A stretch of DNA of 64,000 nucleotides from Eubacteriales bacterium. Its GTDB lineage: Bacteria > Bacillota > Clostridia > Christensenellales > CAG-138. Positions 20,387 through 30,407 of the stretch are shown here, piece after piece. The notes beneath the pieces were generated by a model that saw nothing but the letters and a program-made list of their open reading frames with translations, was not told the DNA's origin and did no database searches. Each line of letters opens with the position of its first letter. The stretch's first letter is position 1. Location of the stretch: the NCBI GenBank assembly GCA_028694155.1, contig JAQUTY010000008.1, forward strand, positions 14,609 through 78,608. The letters are read 5' to 3'. A program made the translations under genes and the position numbers.

Positions 20387-21385
20387 CTATTTGCAAATCG
20401 GCTTTTCTAATTTCACCACACATCGCAGAATGTAGGCCGCATCGGAGGCGGTAATCTGACCGTCACCGTCAGCGTCTGCCTGTGCAAGGGTTAGAGCGTT
20501 TTCCAGCTTCACGATTGAGCGCAGTATCTTTGCAGCATCGGCAGCGGTTAGCTTGCCGTCACCGTCTGCATCGCCCATGAGCGCACCAGTGGGAGCAACA
20601 AGCGCAGTAATGGCGGTTGCGATTGCGCTCCACGTCATGAATCCGACAATGCCGTCCTCTTGGATATGCGCCGTGCGTTGGAATTTTGCCACTGCCGCTG
20701 CCGTGTCCTCGCCGTAAATGCTATCAACGCCGCACTTGCCGATGTAGTAGCTGAGCGCGGACAGGCTTGTCTGCACCCATTTTACATCCGAGCCACGGAG
20801 CAAAGGATTTTGGATGGACAGCTCACGGTAGTAGCCGTCAGGCTCGGTCGTGGGGGGAGGCTCGGCGGGCAAATCCTTGAATGCTTTGGGACGCCCGAAG
20901 GCATTCCAGCGTGAGGACAGTCGATTTTTTACAACGCCTACGTCCCGCCCTTGCGATTCTATGACGTTGCCATTGCCGATATATGCGCCGACATGGTAAA
21001 TCTCGCTCACGTCAAAGCCGTCACCGTCTTTATCAGTCCAGTAAAATATCAGGTCGCCCTCGCGCAGCTCTTGCTTGGCGATGGGATTGCAGATGCCGTA
21101 TAGCCCTCGGCTTGACAGGTCGGAGCTGACTACACCGAGCTTATTAAGGCAATAGTAAATCAGACCGCTGCAATCATAGGCTCGTATCGGATTCACGCCA
21201 GCAGCAACACGTTTATTGTATAAGGCAATAGCCCTTGCTGCATTCTGCGTGCTGGTTTCGTGTTTCTTTATCCATGCCACGGGGTCGGACATGGCGGATA
21301 GGTTTTCCCCATCGCCGCCCCAGACGTAAATTCCTTTTCCAACCTGCTCTTCCAAAAGATCGATAAATTCTGTTATCTTACTCAT
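20387..21385 (-). CDS. Endolysin: NlpC/P60 + peptidoglycan-binding + dockerin-like domain
   Basis: YVWGG, YDCSGL, HVGAY (NlpC/P60); GSDVKWVQ...YGEDTAAAVAKFQ...DGIVG (PG_binding_1); GDADGDGKLTAADAAKILR duplicated. Confidence 0.9.
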   Translation of the reverse strand: MSKITEFIDLLEEQVGKGIYVWGGDGENLSAMSDPVAWIKKHETSTQNAARAIALYNKRVAAGVNPIRAYDCSGLIYYCLNKLGVVSSDLSSRGLYGICNPIAKQELREGDLIFYWTDKDGDGFDVSEIYHVGAYIGNGNVIESQGRDVGVVKNRLSSRWNAFGRPKAFKDLPAEPPPTTEPDGYYRELSIQNPLLRGSDVKWVQTSLSALSYYIGKCGVDSIYGEDTAAAVAKFQRTAHIQEDGIVGFMTWSAIATAITALVAPTGALMGDADGDGKLTAADAAKILRSIVKLENALTLAQADADGDGQITASDAAYILRCVVKLEKPICK

Positions 21386-21483
21386 TGTGTTTCCTTCCTA
21401 ATTCTTGAAAAATCGCTGCACAAATATCATCGGAACGATACACGAGTGTCACCTGAGCGACTCACTAGCAGCAAAAAGTTGTT

Positions 21484-23301
21484 TCATTTTAAGCGCACCC
21501 ATAGCCTTTCTCTGCTGATACGTGAGGTACCTATTGGATTTGCGCTGTCGTAGACTACCGTAAAATATCTCGCGGATTGATACTGAGCTATGCCAACTTC
21601 GACTGTATTTTTCGGCAGCCCAATTAGGGAGTTTCCGTTGAAGAGATGCCACGATATTTCGTGGCTTCGTTTTTCTCGGGCGCATCCGAACAGACGAAGT
21701 GTCGATGCATTATACCTCAGTTTCACAAGCGGAAGTAGATATGTGCACAAGTCAATATCCTTATATCCTGCGGATATATCTGAAGCAGTGATTGGTATTT
21801 CCTCTTGGATATACCCGTCATTAGGCATCCACACTGGAACAGCGGGATGAGTAATTGTTTCACTGCTCCACGTCTGCGTTGTTCCAGCAATCTGCCCGTA
21901 TCCCCATCTATCTGCATAACCCCATCTGCCACCCTTGCCACGGGCAGATGCTTTGCGGTAAAGCTTCAATTTTAGGTCGTCGCCCTCGGTGTATGCTGAT
22001 ATTCCTTGAAGATGGACTCGTATGATGGCAGTGGGAGAACCTTTTGGGTGTTTAATCTTTTCAAGCGATACGGAGCAGGCGGCTGTCGAACCGAGCTTTG
22101 TAACCGATATTATGTCGTCGGAAGGGATAAACTCATTGTTTACTTCATAAATCGTACCGGAGCAAGATAGAATCTTGTCCCCATCTTGGAAAGTGATCCC
22201 CGTCGCTCCCGCGATGCTTGAGCGTGGGATATTTCCATAAATAGAGATGTTTTGGTCTGCGCTATAGTCCCTTGCCGCGTAGAAAAGCCGAGGGCAGTTC
22301 ACAACCGCTGCAGTCAGCTCGTCGCCGTTGGAGCTATCCTCTAATAATCCCGCGTCATCGCCGTTGACTATGATCTTAGTGATTATGTTTTTTTCTCCAA
22401 GTTGAAGCTGTGCTGTGGTTGACACAACAGGGCAGTAATCAGCATCGTCAAGAGGCGTTCCTACTACCCACATTTTCCCCGTTGTCTGGTCAATGATATA
22501 GTCGTCTGTAGCAACAGACAGTTTTGAAGGAACGGTGTTACCTTTAAGATGCTGGTACGCAATTACACATTCAGCTGTTGCAGATATTTGCCCATCGTAA
22601 GCTTCTGGACTTTCTTCCGCGAACCAAATATTTGCACCACGCCCAGCCGGACCGGTGCTGCCGGTATCGCCTTTGTCGCCCTTTACACCCTGCTGCCCTT
22701 GAATACCTTGCAGTCCTCGGAGGGTTACGCCCTGCCTTGCAATTGAGGTTTCCGAGGCCGTTGCTGATACTACAAGGGCTAGATAGCCGTCCGAACCGAC
22801 GAGGATGTCGGCGGGCAGCATCTCGGACGGATCTAAATCGTTCTCTTGATTAGCAAGAGTAGTACCTCCTGATGCCCCAATGGGTACATGAAGAATATGC
22901 CAACGGGTCGAGGTAGCCGCAAACGCCGACAGCACTTGTTCAAGCACTGTAGGGGTGTATGGGATAGGATCGCTTCCCGATATCGGCGCACCCGGTTCAA
23001 CCTTGATTCGGCACACTTTAGAGGCCATTACCCTGCTGCCGATTGCTCCGGTGACGCCTATAAGTACGTCGCCAGCCTGCCGCAGGACTTGATATGGGAC
23101 TATGCATCTGTCCGATGTAAGAGCTATGCGCATCGGCTCCTCTGCTGCGTAGGAGAATGTTGCCATTTTAGCAGCACTCGTCCAGTCTGCGTCAAAGGTG
23201 AAAGCGCATTCCACATATTCTACATTTCCTGCGCTTAAAGCCCCGCACGAGTCGGTGCGGACAATATCGTGCTTCGTTACATTAAAGGATAAGGTTATCA
23301 T
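21484..23301 (-). CDS. Tail fibre / receptor-binding protein (BppU-like N-terminus, short collagen-like repeat)
   Basis: N-terminal FTFDADW...CIVP; GLQGIQGQQGVKGDKGDTG repeat; position after baseplate genes. Confidence 0.7.
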   Translation of the reverse strand: MITLSFNVTKHDIVRTDSCGALSAGNVEYVECAFTFDADWTSAAKMATFSYAAEEPMRIALTSDRCIVPYQVLRQAGDVLIGVTGAIGSRVMASKVCRIKVEPGAPISGSDPIPYTPTVLEQVLSAFAATSTRWHILHVPIGASGGTTLANQENDLDPSEMLPADILVGSDGYLALVVSATASETSIARQGVTLRGLQGIQGQQGVKGDKGDTGSTGPAGRGANIWFAEESPEAYDGQISATAECVIAYQHLKGNTVPSKLSVATDDYIIDQTTGKMWVVGTPLDDADYCPVVSTTAQLQLGEKNIITKIIVNGDDAGLLEDSSNGDELTAAVVNCPRLFYAARDYSADQNISIYGNIPRSSIAGATGITFQDGDKILSCSGTIYEVNNEFIPSDDIISVTKLGSTAACSVSLEKIKHPKGSPTAIIRVHLQGISAYTEGDDLKLKLYRKASARGKGGRWGYADRWGYGQIAGTTQTWSSETITHPAVPVWMPNDGYIQEEIPITASDISAGYKDIDLCTYLLPLVKLRYNASTLRLFGCAREKRSHEISWHLFNGNSLIGLPKNTVEVGIAQYQSARYFTVVYDSANPIGTSRISRERLWVRLK

Positions 23302-23963
23302 TGTGAGCCTCCTCTTATTAGCGTACCGTCTGCTCCTACGCTAAGTATTTCAGTGGCAGAGCGTAGCCCGCCACGCTGCTGTACATATACCTCTCCACTC
23401 TTGATCCCATCGTTGGGATGGTGGTAGTAAAGGCTGCTCACCTGCTGTTCTATAAGCAGATAAGGGGCGAAGTCGCCATCCTTGCCGATGGTATTACAGT
23501 AGGTTCCATGCTCACGCTGCGCCTGCAGTGCTAAGCCGTGGTTGGATGTGAGCATAGCCTGTACGATAGGCAGCACGTCAAGCTCTACCCACCGATTTCC
23601 GCCGTCAGGCTCGCCGTCATCATCTGTATCCGCTAAGATGCGCTGCACGGGCTGGGTAGTATCAATTAACCCTGCATGGCGGGCATATGAAAGCTTGACG
23701 ATGTCGTATGCCTGCGTTACCCGGCACGGACGGATTGGAAGATCATATCTATACGCCCCGGTATCCTCGGTGATATACAGCTTGAGCTTGGCAGCCGTGA
23801 CAGTGCCACGGATACCGGATAGGTCTGCAAACTGCAGAAAAACGTGATGACGATAGTAGGTGTAACTGTAGCCCAAATAGAGACGCTCTCGCCCATATCC
23901 TGTCGAGTTGACATACTGCTCGGTTACATAGGTGGATGCGGTGCAGGGAATAATCGTTAGCAT
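23298..23963 (-). CDS. DNRLRE/CBM-like tail-associated protein
   Basis: TYV...YG...LYLG...FLQF.DLS...VTAAKLKLY pattern; ...WVELDV...PYL. Confidence 0.55.
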   Translation of the reverse strand: MLTIIPCTASTYVTEQYVNSTGYGRERLYLGYSYTYYRHHVFLQFADLSGIRGTVTAAKLKLYITEDTGAYRYDLPIRPCRVTQAYDIVKLSYARHAGLIDTTQPVQRILADTDDDGEPDGGNRWVELDVLPIVQAMLTSNHGLALQAQREHGTYCNTIGKDGDFAPYLLIEQQVSSLYYHHPNDGIKSGEVYVQQRGGLRSATEILSVGADGTLIRGGSQ

Positions 23964-23965
23964 GA

Positions 23966-24517
23966 CTATTCCTCCTGTAGCTTGATGTAAATATCGCCTA
24001 TGCCAAGGCTGGCGACATCGGGATCGCCGTAGCCAGCCGAGATATGTGACATAGACACTTTAAGCTGCCGTCTGTCTATAGTAGCCGTGATATCGCTGCC
24101 GGATACGGTGAACTGGTACAGTGGAAGCTCATATATGCTTGCCGTTTGAGTGAGGGTCGGAGCAGATGGCGTTGCCGCCGTTTCTGCTCCCGATATGACC
24201 TCTAAAGCTATGGTGCGCGCTTGGACATTAAGCCGAACCACAATGATATCGATACGCGTCATGCCACTGGCGGCAGCGGTGAGAGTGACGGACTTAGTCG
24301 CCGTTGAAATGCCACTGTAGCCCTGTATGAATACTGCTCCTGCGCCCAGGGTGCAGGTGCGGCCTGTACGGGTAAGCCCAAAGGCTGTGCCATAGCCCGA
24401 TACGATGCCGTCGCCGACTATAAGCTGCATGACTTTGGCGTACTCAGTAGCGGTATACTCATAGGTGGCGTCATCGCCATTCGCGTAGTCGAACATTCCG
24501 AAAAAATCCATGTTCAT
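23966..24517 (-). CDS. Upper baseplate / tail structural protein
   Basis: GAVFIQGY, RIDIIVVRL, YELPL..., DRR motifs of Firmicute siphovirus baseplate proteins. Confidence 0.7.
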   Translation of the reverse strand: MNMDFFGMFDYANGDDATYEYTATEYAKVMQLIVGDGIVSGYGTAFGLTRTGRTCTLGAGAVFIQGYSGISTATKSVTLTAAASGMTRIDIIVVRLNVQARTIALEVISGAETAATPSAPTLTQTASIYELPLYQFTVSGSDITATIDRRQLKVSMSHISAGYGDPDVASLGIGDIYIKLQEE

Positions 24518-24535
24518 GTGTTTGCCTCCTTACAG

Positions 24536-25621
24536 TTATCGTTTGATTAGTGATTTTGTGACACGATTCGTGCGCCGAATCGAGTCAGTAAAAGTGGACT
24601 TTGCGTAGCCAAATTCAAGCTCAATCCTGCGTCCGTCTTCATCGTAGACCTCTGTAGCCGCCGTGATCCGCATATCGATATCTTGCTCATGCAGGATACC
24701 CTGCAGAGTGACTATATCGCCTACATCAAAGGCGTTGCCAAAGGACTCTTGAAGATGGGGGGCGAGTACGGCCTCGATTACGAGCCTGTCTCCGTAGTCG
24801 GCCAAGGCGGTTTTGCCAACGCTTGGCAGGTCCGTTTCCTCGTTCTTGTCTCCCGCTTCGGCGTAGCATTCCCAGCGATCAAAGCCTGTGCTATCTCCCA
24901 AAGTCTCAATAATGCGACTTGCGCCCGAACCTGCGCCGGCTATCAGCGCAAGATTGGGCAACCGCTGGTCCTCTATCATAAACTCGGAAAAGGAGTCCAG
25001 CTCCAGTGATAGTATCAGCGGATGCTGCGATGTTGTGGAGCGGTCAACACCGTGATAGATCTGCCAGTGTATGACTCCGTCTATGATGGTTGCACGCCAT
25101 CCGGCATTACCGTCTGTGGCATGATCCTCCAGCAGCTCCGCCGCCGTTTCATATCGTCCTTCGAGTGTTGCAGTCTCGGCGTCAGAGGGGACGGTGTAAA
25201 CGTCCAGAATGCCGTTTATTGCCCTTTCGGAAGCTGTTGGTGCGATAATCTGCGCCGTGATGATTGCCGCCATTATAGCCTCGTGAGTGGCGTCTTCGAG
25301 CTTTTGAAACTCCTGCCCAGCGGGAGGATATACCAACCGTTGGGATGCAAGTCCCTTTAACTCCACGCCCTTAACGGTTATAGTCGTCTGATGATCACGA
25401 AGCTCTCGAACCACCGAGATTATAAGCCCCGCACGGGTAGGCGAGTACCATATGATATTAGCCGCATATACCCGTGAAAGATTGGGACTGTCGGGCGGCA
25501 TGACAAGCTCAAAAGAGCCTATACCGCTGTACAGGCATTCAAAGTCGAGCGATATAAAATCGTCGACCAGTCCTATCCACTTGATCTCGGTAGAGGTGTA
25601 ATTGTATAGGTAAATATTCAT
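24536..25621 (-). CDS. Siphovirus tail hub protein (Tal/Gp37-like)
   Basis: GSFEL, AGAGSGASR, FDVGDIVT, ELEFG motifs; follows Dit. Confidence 0.75.
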   Translation of the reverse strand: MNIYLYNYTSTEIKWIGLVDDFISLDFECLYSGIGSFELVMPPDSPNLSRVYAANIIWYSPTRAGLIISVVRELRDHQTTITVKGVELKGLASQRLVYPPAGQEFQKLEDATHEAIMAAIITAQIIAPTASERAINGILDVYTVPSDAETATLEGRYETAAELLEDHATDGNAGWRATIIDGVIHWQIYHGVDRSTTSQHPLILSLELDSFSEFMIEDQRLPNLALIAGAGSGASRIIETLGDSTGFDRWECYAEAGDKNEETDLPSVGKTALADYGDRLVIEAVLAPHLQESFGNAFDVGDIVTLQGILHEQDIDMRITAATEVYDEDGRRIELEFGYAKSTFTDSIRRTNRVTKSLIKR

Positions 25622-25622
25622 G

Positions 25623-26474
25623 CTACACCCCCGTGTACCAGCTGCGCCAATAGACTGCAACATCGGCAGTCGTCACATCATCCGATGTGAAAATCAAGCG
25701 GTTGCGCCCCGGCTTTAGCATAAAAAATGTGCTGGCAGGATCGATCTGATCAAAGGCGTCTGTTAGTACTCCTGCAGCATCCGTTAGCTGCACTGCCTTA
25801 TCGCCGTACCCCGTGCGGATGGTTAGCATCGATCCCGTAGATACGGTGATAGGGACGGATATAAGCTCGCCGGACGACTGATTAGTGATGATCGGATTTA
25901 CCGTTCCGCCACGGATTTCAATGCGAACGGGCGAGGGATAGTCACCATCAATGGTTATGTTGGCGACTGCTCCCGTGGTGCCGTACTTGGCGGGCAGCCG
26001 CATAGGGAAGCGCAGACCGCCCGATATATCGGATAGGTAGGCTACCCGTTCATCTAAATCCCGCCATAAGGGATTAGGAGCAGTAAGCTCCAGCTTATAG
26101 AGCCGAAGCGTTCCTTCGCTCTCGCGCTCTTCAAGTGGAGAGGATACATAGGCGGGGATGCTTACTGTCAACGAATTGTTGGCGTAGATAAGCGTTCCAA
26201 TGCCCGCAAGAGGGCTAAAAATGCGGCTAAGCTGACGGCGCAAGGCGTACAGCTCAGCCGCCGTTTGAGCATGAACATATAGCTCTATGGGTATCTCCCG
26301 TGCGCCCATGATGGAGCGCACATAGCTTTGCCCGTGCTGACCAAAACCCGATGTAGCTATAGGCTCTATATCTGCCTCGGTAAGCCCGCCAATGCTCTGT
26401 AGAAATACGCCCTGCGAGCTGTGTGACGCCACAACGCGGTCGCCGAGGGCTGAAATGAATTGAATCTGTTGCAT
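25623..26474 (-). CDS. Distal tail protein (Dit)
   Basis: GQHG...REI, LTAPNPLW, FFMLKPGRN; follows tape measure. Confidence 0.8.
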   Translation of the reverse strand: MQQIQFISALGDRVVASHSSQGVFLQSIGGLTEADIEPIATSGFGQHGQSYVRSIMGAREIPIELYVHAQTAAELYALRRQLSRIFSPLAGIGTLIYANNSLTVSIPAYVSSPLEERESEGTLRLYKLELTAPNPLWRDLDERVAYLSDISGGLRFPMRLPAKYGTTGAVANITIDGDYPSPVRIEIRGGTVNPIITNQSSGELISVPITVSTGSMLTIRTGYGDKAVQLTDAAGVLTDAFDQIDPASTFFMLKPGRNRLIFTSDDVTTADVAVYWRSWYTGV

Positions 26475-29400
26475 CTAAAACACCCCCGCTAAATCACGGT
26501 CGAGCCGCTTTATCTGCCGCCGCTGCTCGGCAGCCGACATCTTATGTCCGTCGAAGCTCACATGCTGCTCTACGTGGGCGGTCCTGCTGCTTGTGCTTAC
26601 CGTCCTGTTGTTATTGTTGATAATCTTACTTACACTGCTCGGTATACCGCCTCCGCGCATAGGTGCTGTTGCTCCGAGATTGCTCATGGGCGCAGCAAGC
26701 TTGGTTGCTGCCAGCTTGCCGGTAGATGCCAGCGCATCCAGCTTATCCATCGCCCCTTGAATTACCCCGACGATATAATACCTGCCGCCCGCACGTCCTA
26801 CTTTAGACGGGGACTGAATTTGCAATGTGCTTGTAAATCCCTCGTTCACGGCATTTGCGGCATCGATGCCAGACTGCCGCAACGCTGCTTCCTTGCCCTT
26901 TACGCCTGTGATAACTCCGTCGCCAAATGCTCCGCCCGATTCTGTGCCTTGCTCTCTGAGCTGCTGCGCCGCATTATACGCCTCAGCGTTCTCGGTAAGA
27001 TACTTCCACCGAGCCTGTTGTGCCGCAGCGTTCGCCTTGTCATTGGCTATATCGATATAGTTTGTAGTCCCCAGTGTGCGGCTTTCCCGCATCTCGGCCT
27101 CGAAAGACTCACGCTGAGCAGCCGTTGCTTTTACGAGGTCCTTGACGAGCTGCCCTGTAGACTGAATCCCTTGATTGTAAAGATACTCAATGGTTTCCGG
27201 CGAGAGTCCCTTTGTTGTGAGGGTTGCCAAGTTATCGAGCCATTCTCGCATGGAGTCGTTGTTAGGTGTCAAATTGGACAGTGCTTTTTTAAGCCCCGGT
27301 CCTGCTTTTTTGATGCGTTCAAAACCGTTGATGATACTGTCAGAAAAGTCGTTTACCGTCTCCACAGTGTCCTCGGCCGCTTCGCCCACGCCGATTATTC
27401 CCTTGCTGCCGTCCTCGCTCGATGTGATAATGTCGCTCATCGCATTTCTGTAGACCTTTTCAGTTGCCTTAGTTTTCTGAGCTAAAGCGTCCTGTGACTC
27501 GCTGAGAATTTCCTCACTACCATATATTTGTGATAGGGCGGCGGCATATTCTGTGCTGTACCCCTCAACATTTTGAAATATGAATTTCTGAAAATAGTCT
27601 AATGTAGCCTGCTCAGTATAGCCCCACGCATTGCTAAATTCTTGAATAACCTCGTTGTTTTCCGCAAACATCTCGGCAATGACTGCCTCTGCGCCGTCCG
27701 TTTTAATCCTGTTCTGCAGCTTTATTACGTTCTCTACCCCGTATTGTCCGGTAAAATCAATTTGGGCATATTTTTCCAAGGCATCAGCCATTCTTGCTGC
27801 AAATTGCTCGTACTCTATGCCTTCCTGCGCTAACGTTTCAGACAAAGACGCTTTAGCCACCTCTAAATCGACCTCAAGATTTGTTACGGCTTGGATATCC
27901 GTCTGAAGCGCAGCGTACATGGTTTGCTGCTTGATTAGCTTTTGCCACTCTTCAACCTGAGTAGACAACGCCGCTGCGCCTCCTTCGAGCAGCCCCGTTT
28001 GTTCGTTAATCTTTAGATTTACATCGGGGAGCAACTCTTGGAGCTTGGCTACTATGGAGTTGTATGCGGATTGCTGGTCGGCAGTCTTTACACCCTCTTT
28101 TTCCATCTGCTTTAGGGTTTTTATGTAGTTGCCCGCTATTTTTGCAGTCGCATCTATCTCGTGCAGCGTTTTTTCCTGTGCCTCGGCAGCCGCTTTGACG
28201 GATTCTTTATAGTCGTCCGTCGCATCTTTCAGCTCTTCTCTAGCCTTTTTTGCTTGCTTTTCAGTCTCGGTAAGCTCCTTTTCACTCTTAGCGAGAGTGG
28301 CCACTACGGCGATTAGTCCCGCAACAGCTCCAATTACCAGTCCCCATACGCCAAGAACTGCATTTGCAGATGCTCCGAGGGCCACCATTGCTGCCTTAAT
28401 TGCGCTTATAGCCTTGATAATCTTGCTTGCCATAAGCAAGGCAGGTCCGACTGCGGCTATGATAAGCCCGATTGTTACAATGGTTTTCTTTTGGCTGTCG
28501 TCCAAGCCGTCCAGCTTTTCGGCAAGGCCGGATATAGCACTTGCTACCGCCTCTATTATGGGTGCGACAGCGTCGCCAAATTCGATTGCCGAGTTTTTAA
28601 TGAGATTAAGTGCTACCTGTAAGCGATTTCCGGCGGTGTCCGCAACTGTGTTGTAGGCATCATCAAGCGCGCCCGTATTAGTCCTCATCTCAGCCAGCGA
28701 CTGAGTCATTACTGCTGCACCCTTTTCGCCCGTCAAGGTGAGTATTGCATTGAGGGCTTCTACCGAGCCGAAGAGCTGCGCCATAGCGTCGGTATTCCCT
28801 CCGCACTTTTGTTCGACATCTTTTAGAAATGCCACCCAGCCCTTTGCCTTAAGGGCAGATGCCGAGAAGTCTATGCCCAGTTCCTTCGCCTTTTCAGCGG
28901 CTTCAGATGTAGGTTTGATTACGTTTGCCAAGGCTGCCTTAGTGCCGGTGATTGCCGTTTCGGTCTTTATGCCGGCGGCTGTCAGTGCGGCTATAGACGA
29001 GAGAAGCTCATCTACCGACATGCCCGCAGCGGATGCCGTAGGCGCAACATTACCTATAGACCCGGCAAGCTCATCAAAGGTGGTTTTGCCAAGATTTTGA
29101 GTAATCAAAAACTTATTTGCCAGGATCTCGGCATCTGAGTACGCCATGTTGTAGGCGTTCATTGCCGATGTGAGTCCGTCAACTGCCGTAGCAGCGTCGG
29201 TAAATCCGCCCTTGGACGCACGAGCGGCTACATCAACAAACGTAAGCGCATTGGCTGCGTCTACGCCCGCCGAGATGGCGTCATATTGAGCCTGTGCAAG
29301 CGTTGTTGCCGCCATGCCGTACTTATTGGATATATCAAGGATGCCGTCCGCTAAATTCTGCCGATTAGCATCGCCCGTGAGCGTATAGACAGCAGCCATG

Positions 29401-29756
29401 CTGTTTTCAAAATCTATCGAAAATTTCGCGATAGCCGTTCCTGCGGCTATTATCGGTGCGGTAATGTAGGCGGATAGCCCCTTGCCGACCTTCTGCATCT
29501 TGTCGGCGGACCTGCTGAGCTTATCGCCCGTCTTGTCGGCATTATCGCCCAAGTCCTTTACCTTTTGAGACGCCTCTTTAGCGGAGCTGCCGACCTTATC
29601 CTCTCCGGATGCCGCCGCCTCTGAGCCTTTCTCAATGTCGGTCAGTGACTCTTCTAAGTGCTCTACCGTGACTACAAGGTCTTTTATCTCGGCTTGCGCC
29701 TTTTTTACGTCAATTTCAACGCCCGATTCGACGCTGCCAAGATTGATTCCGGCCAT
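26475..29756 (-). CDS. Tape measure protein (TP901 family)
   Basis: 1093 aa Ala-rich; ITAPIIAAG, QNLGKTTFDELA, LFGSVEA, IQSPSK motifs. Confidence 0.92.
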   Translation of the reverse strand: MAGINLGSVESGVEIDVKKAQAEIKDLVVTVEHLEESLTDIEKGSEAAASGEDKVGSSAKEASQKVKDLGDNADKTGDKLSRSADKMQKVGKGLSAYITAPIIAAGTAIAKFSIDFENSMAAVYTLTGDANRQNLADGILDISNKYGMAATTLAQAQYDAISAGVDAANALTFVDVAARASKGGFTDAATAVDGLTSAMNAYNMAYSDAEILANKFLITQNLGKTTFDELAGSIGNVAPTASAAGMSVDELLSSIAALTAAGIKTETAITGTKAALANVIKPTSEAAEKAKELGIDFSASALKAKGWVAFLKDVEQKCGGNTDAMAQLFGSVEALNAILTLTGEKGAAVMTQSLAEMRTNTGALDDAYNTVADTAGNRLQVALNLIKNSAIEFGDAVAPIIEAVASAISGLAEKLDGLDDSQKKTIVTIGLIIAAVGPALLMASKIIKAISAIKAAMVALGASANAVLGVWGLVIGAVAGLIAVVATLAKSEKELTETEKQAKKAREELKDATDDYKESVKAAAEAQEKTLHEIDATAKIAGNYIKTLKQMEKEGVKTADQQSAYNSIVAKLQELLPDVNLKINEQTGLLEGGAAALSTQVEEWQKLIKQQTMYAALQTDIQAVTNLEVDLEVAKASLSETLAQEGIEYEQFAARMADALEKYAQIDFTGQYGVENVIKLQNRIKTDGAEAVIAEMFAENNEVIQEFSNAWGYTEQATLDYFQKFIFQNVEGYSTEYAAALSQIYGSEEILSESQDALAQKTKATEKVYRNAMSDIITSSEDGSKGIIGVGEAAEDTVETVNDFSDSIINGFERIKKAGPGLKKALSNLTPNNDSMREWLDNLATLTTKGLSPETIEYLYNQGIQSTGQLVKDLVKATAAQRESFEAEMRESRTLGTTNYIDIANDKANAAAQQARWKYLTENAEAYNAAQQLREQGTESGGAFGDGVITGVKGKEAALRQSGIDAANAVNEGFTSTLQIQSPSKVGRAGGRYYIVGVIQGAMDKLDALASTGKLAATKLAAPMSNLGATAPMRGGGIPSSVSKIINNNNRTVSTSSRTAHVEQHVSFDGHKMSAAEQRRQIKRLDRDLAGVF

Positions 29757-29760
29757 GCGA

Positions 29761-30033
29761 TTAGCTCCTTTCCTTCATCATGCGGATGCGAGAGCGAAAA
29801 GCACCCTCATCCAGCTCAGTTTGATTTAATCTTTCACATTTCTTGAGGTAATCCCGTCCACTCTCGGTCTCCTGCAGCTCGCCAATGATGGATGCTCTAA
29901 GCATTCCTTGAAACATCTGTACAGGGAGTCGGAGTGCCCTATAAAAATCGAGTCCGCTGAATGCGCAGACCCGATGGATAGCGGGGAGTATTTCTTCCTT
30001 CCCGTCGCCCTCGCCCGGAAGGGACGGGATCAT
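29761..30033 (-). CDS. Tail assembly chaperone, frameshift extension (T-like)
   Basis: In -1 frame relative to upstream chaperone, directly before the TMP gene. Confidence 0.75.
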   Translation of the reverse strand: MIPSLPGEGDGKEEILPAIHRVCAFSGLDFYRALRLPVQMFQGMLRASIIGELQETESGRDYLKKCERLNQTELDEGAFRSRIRMMKERS

Positions 30034-30356
30034 GAGTTTGGGTCAGACAATAGCTCATTAATCCAGCTAGTATAAGCCTGCACCAATGCGGTCTTTTGGG
30101 CTATATTAAGCTCCGATTGCACCCACTCTGCAGGAATACTGCTCAGTGAATCATTGCTGTTCAATATGCGGATTACTATCTCGTTGAGAGCCTCTATGAT
30201 CTCCTGTGGATCGCTCTTTGCAGTGACGCCACGAAAGCGCATAAGCTCTATCTGAGCATCCTTGCTGGGCTGCATGAGGTTGAGCGTCCGCCCATCGGGC
30301 AGCAGCACGGGCATGGTGTTTTTTGCGAAAAGTCCAAGGTCTAAAATCTGTTGCAT
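30030..30356 (-). CDS. Tail assembly chaperone (G-like)
   Basis: Between major tail protein and TMP; ends at slippery heptamer CCCAAAC. Confidence 0.75.
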   Translation of the reverse strand: MQQILDLGLFAKNTMPVLLPDGRTLNLMQPSKDAQIELMRFRGVTAKSDPQEIIEALNEIVIRILNSNDSLSSIPAEWVQSELNIAQKTALVQAYTSWINELLSDPNS

Positions 30357-30407
30357 ATTCTTCCTCCTATATGTCGTTGGAGGGGCTTGCGCCCCTCCGT
30401 TTGTTCC

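Noticed and set aside
21400..24000. Invertible tail-fibre segment (Mu G-like)
   Set aside because: No invertase gene and no flanking inverted repeats noticed
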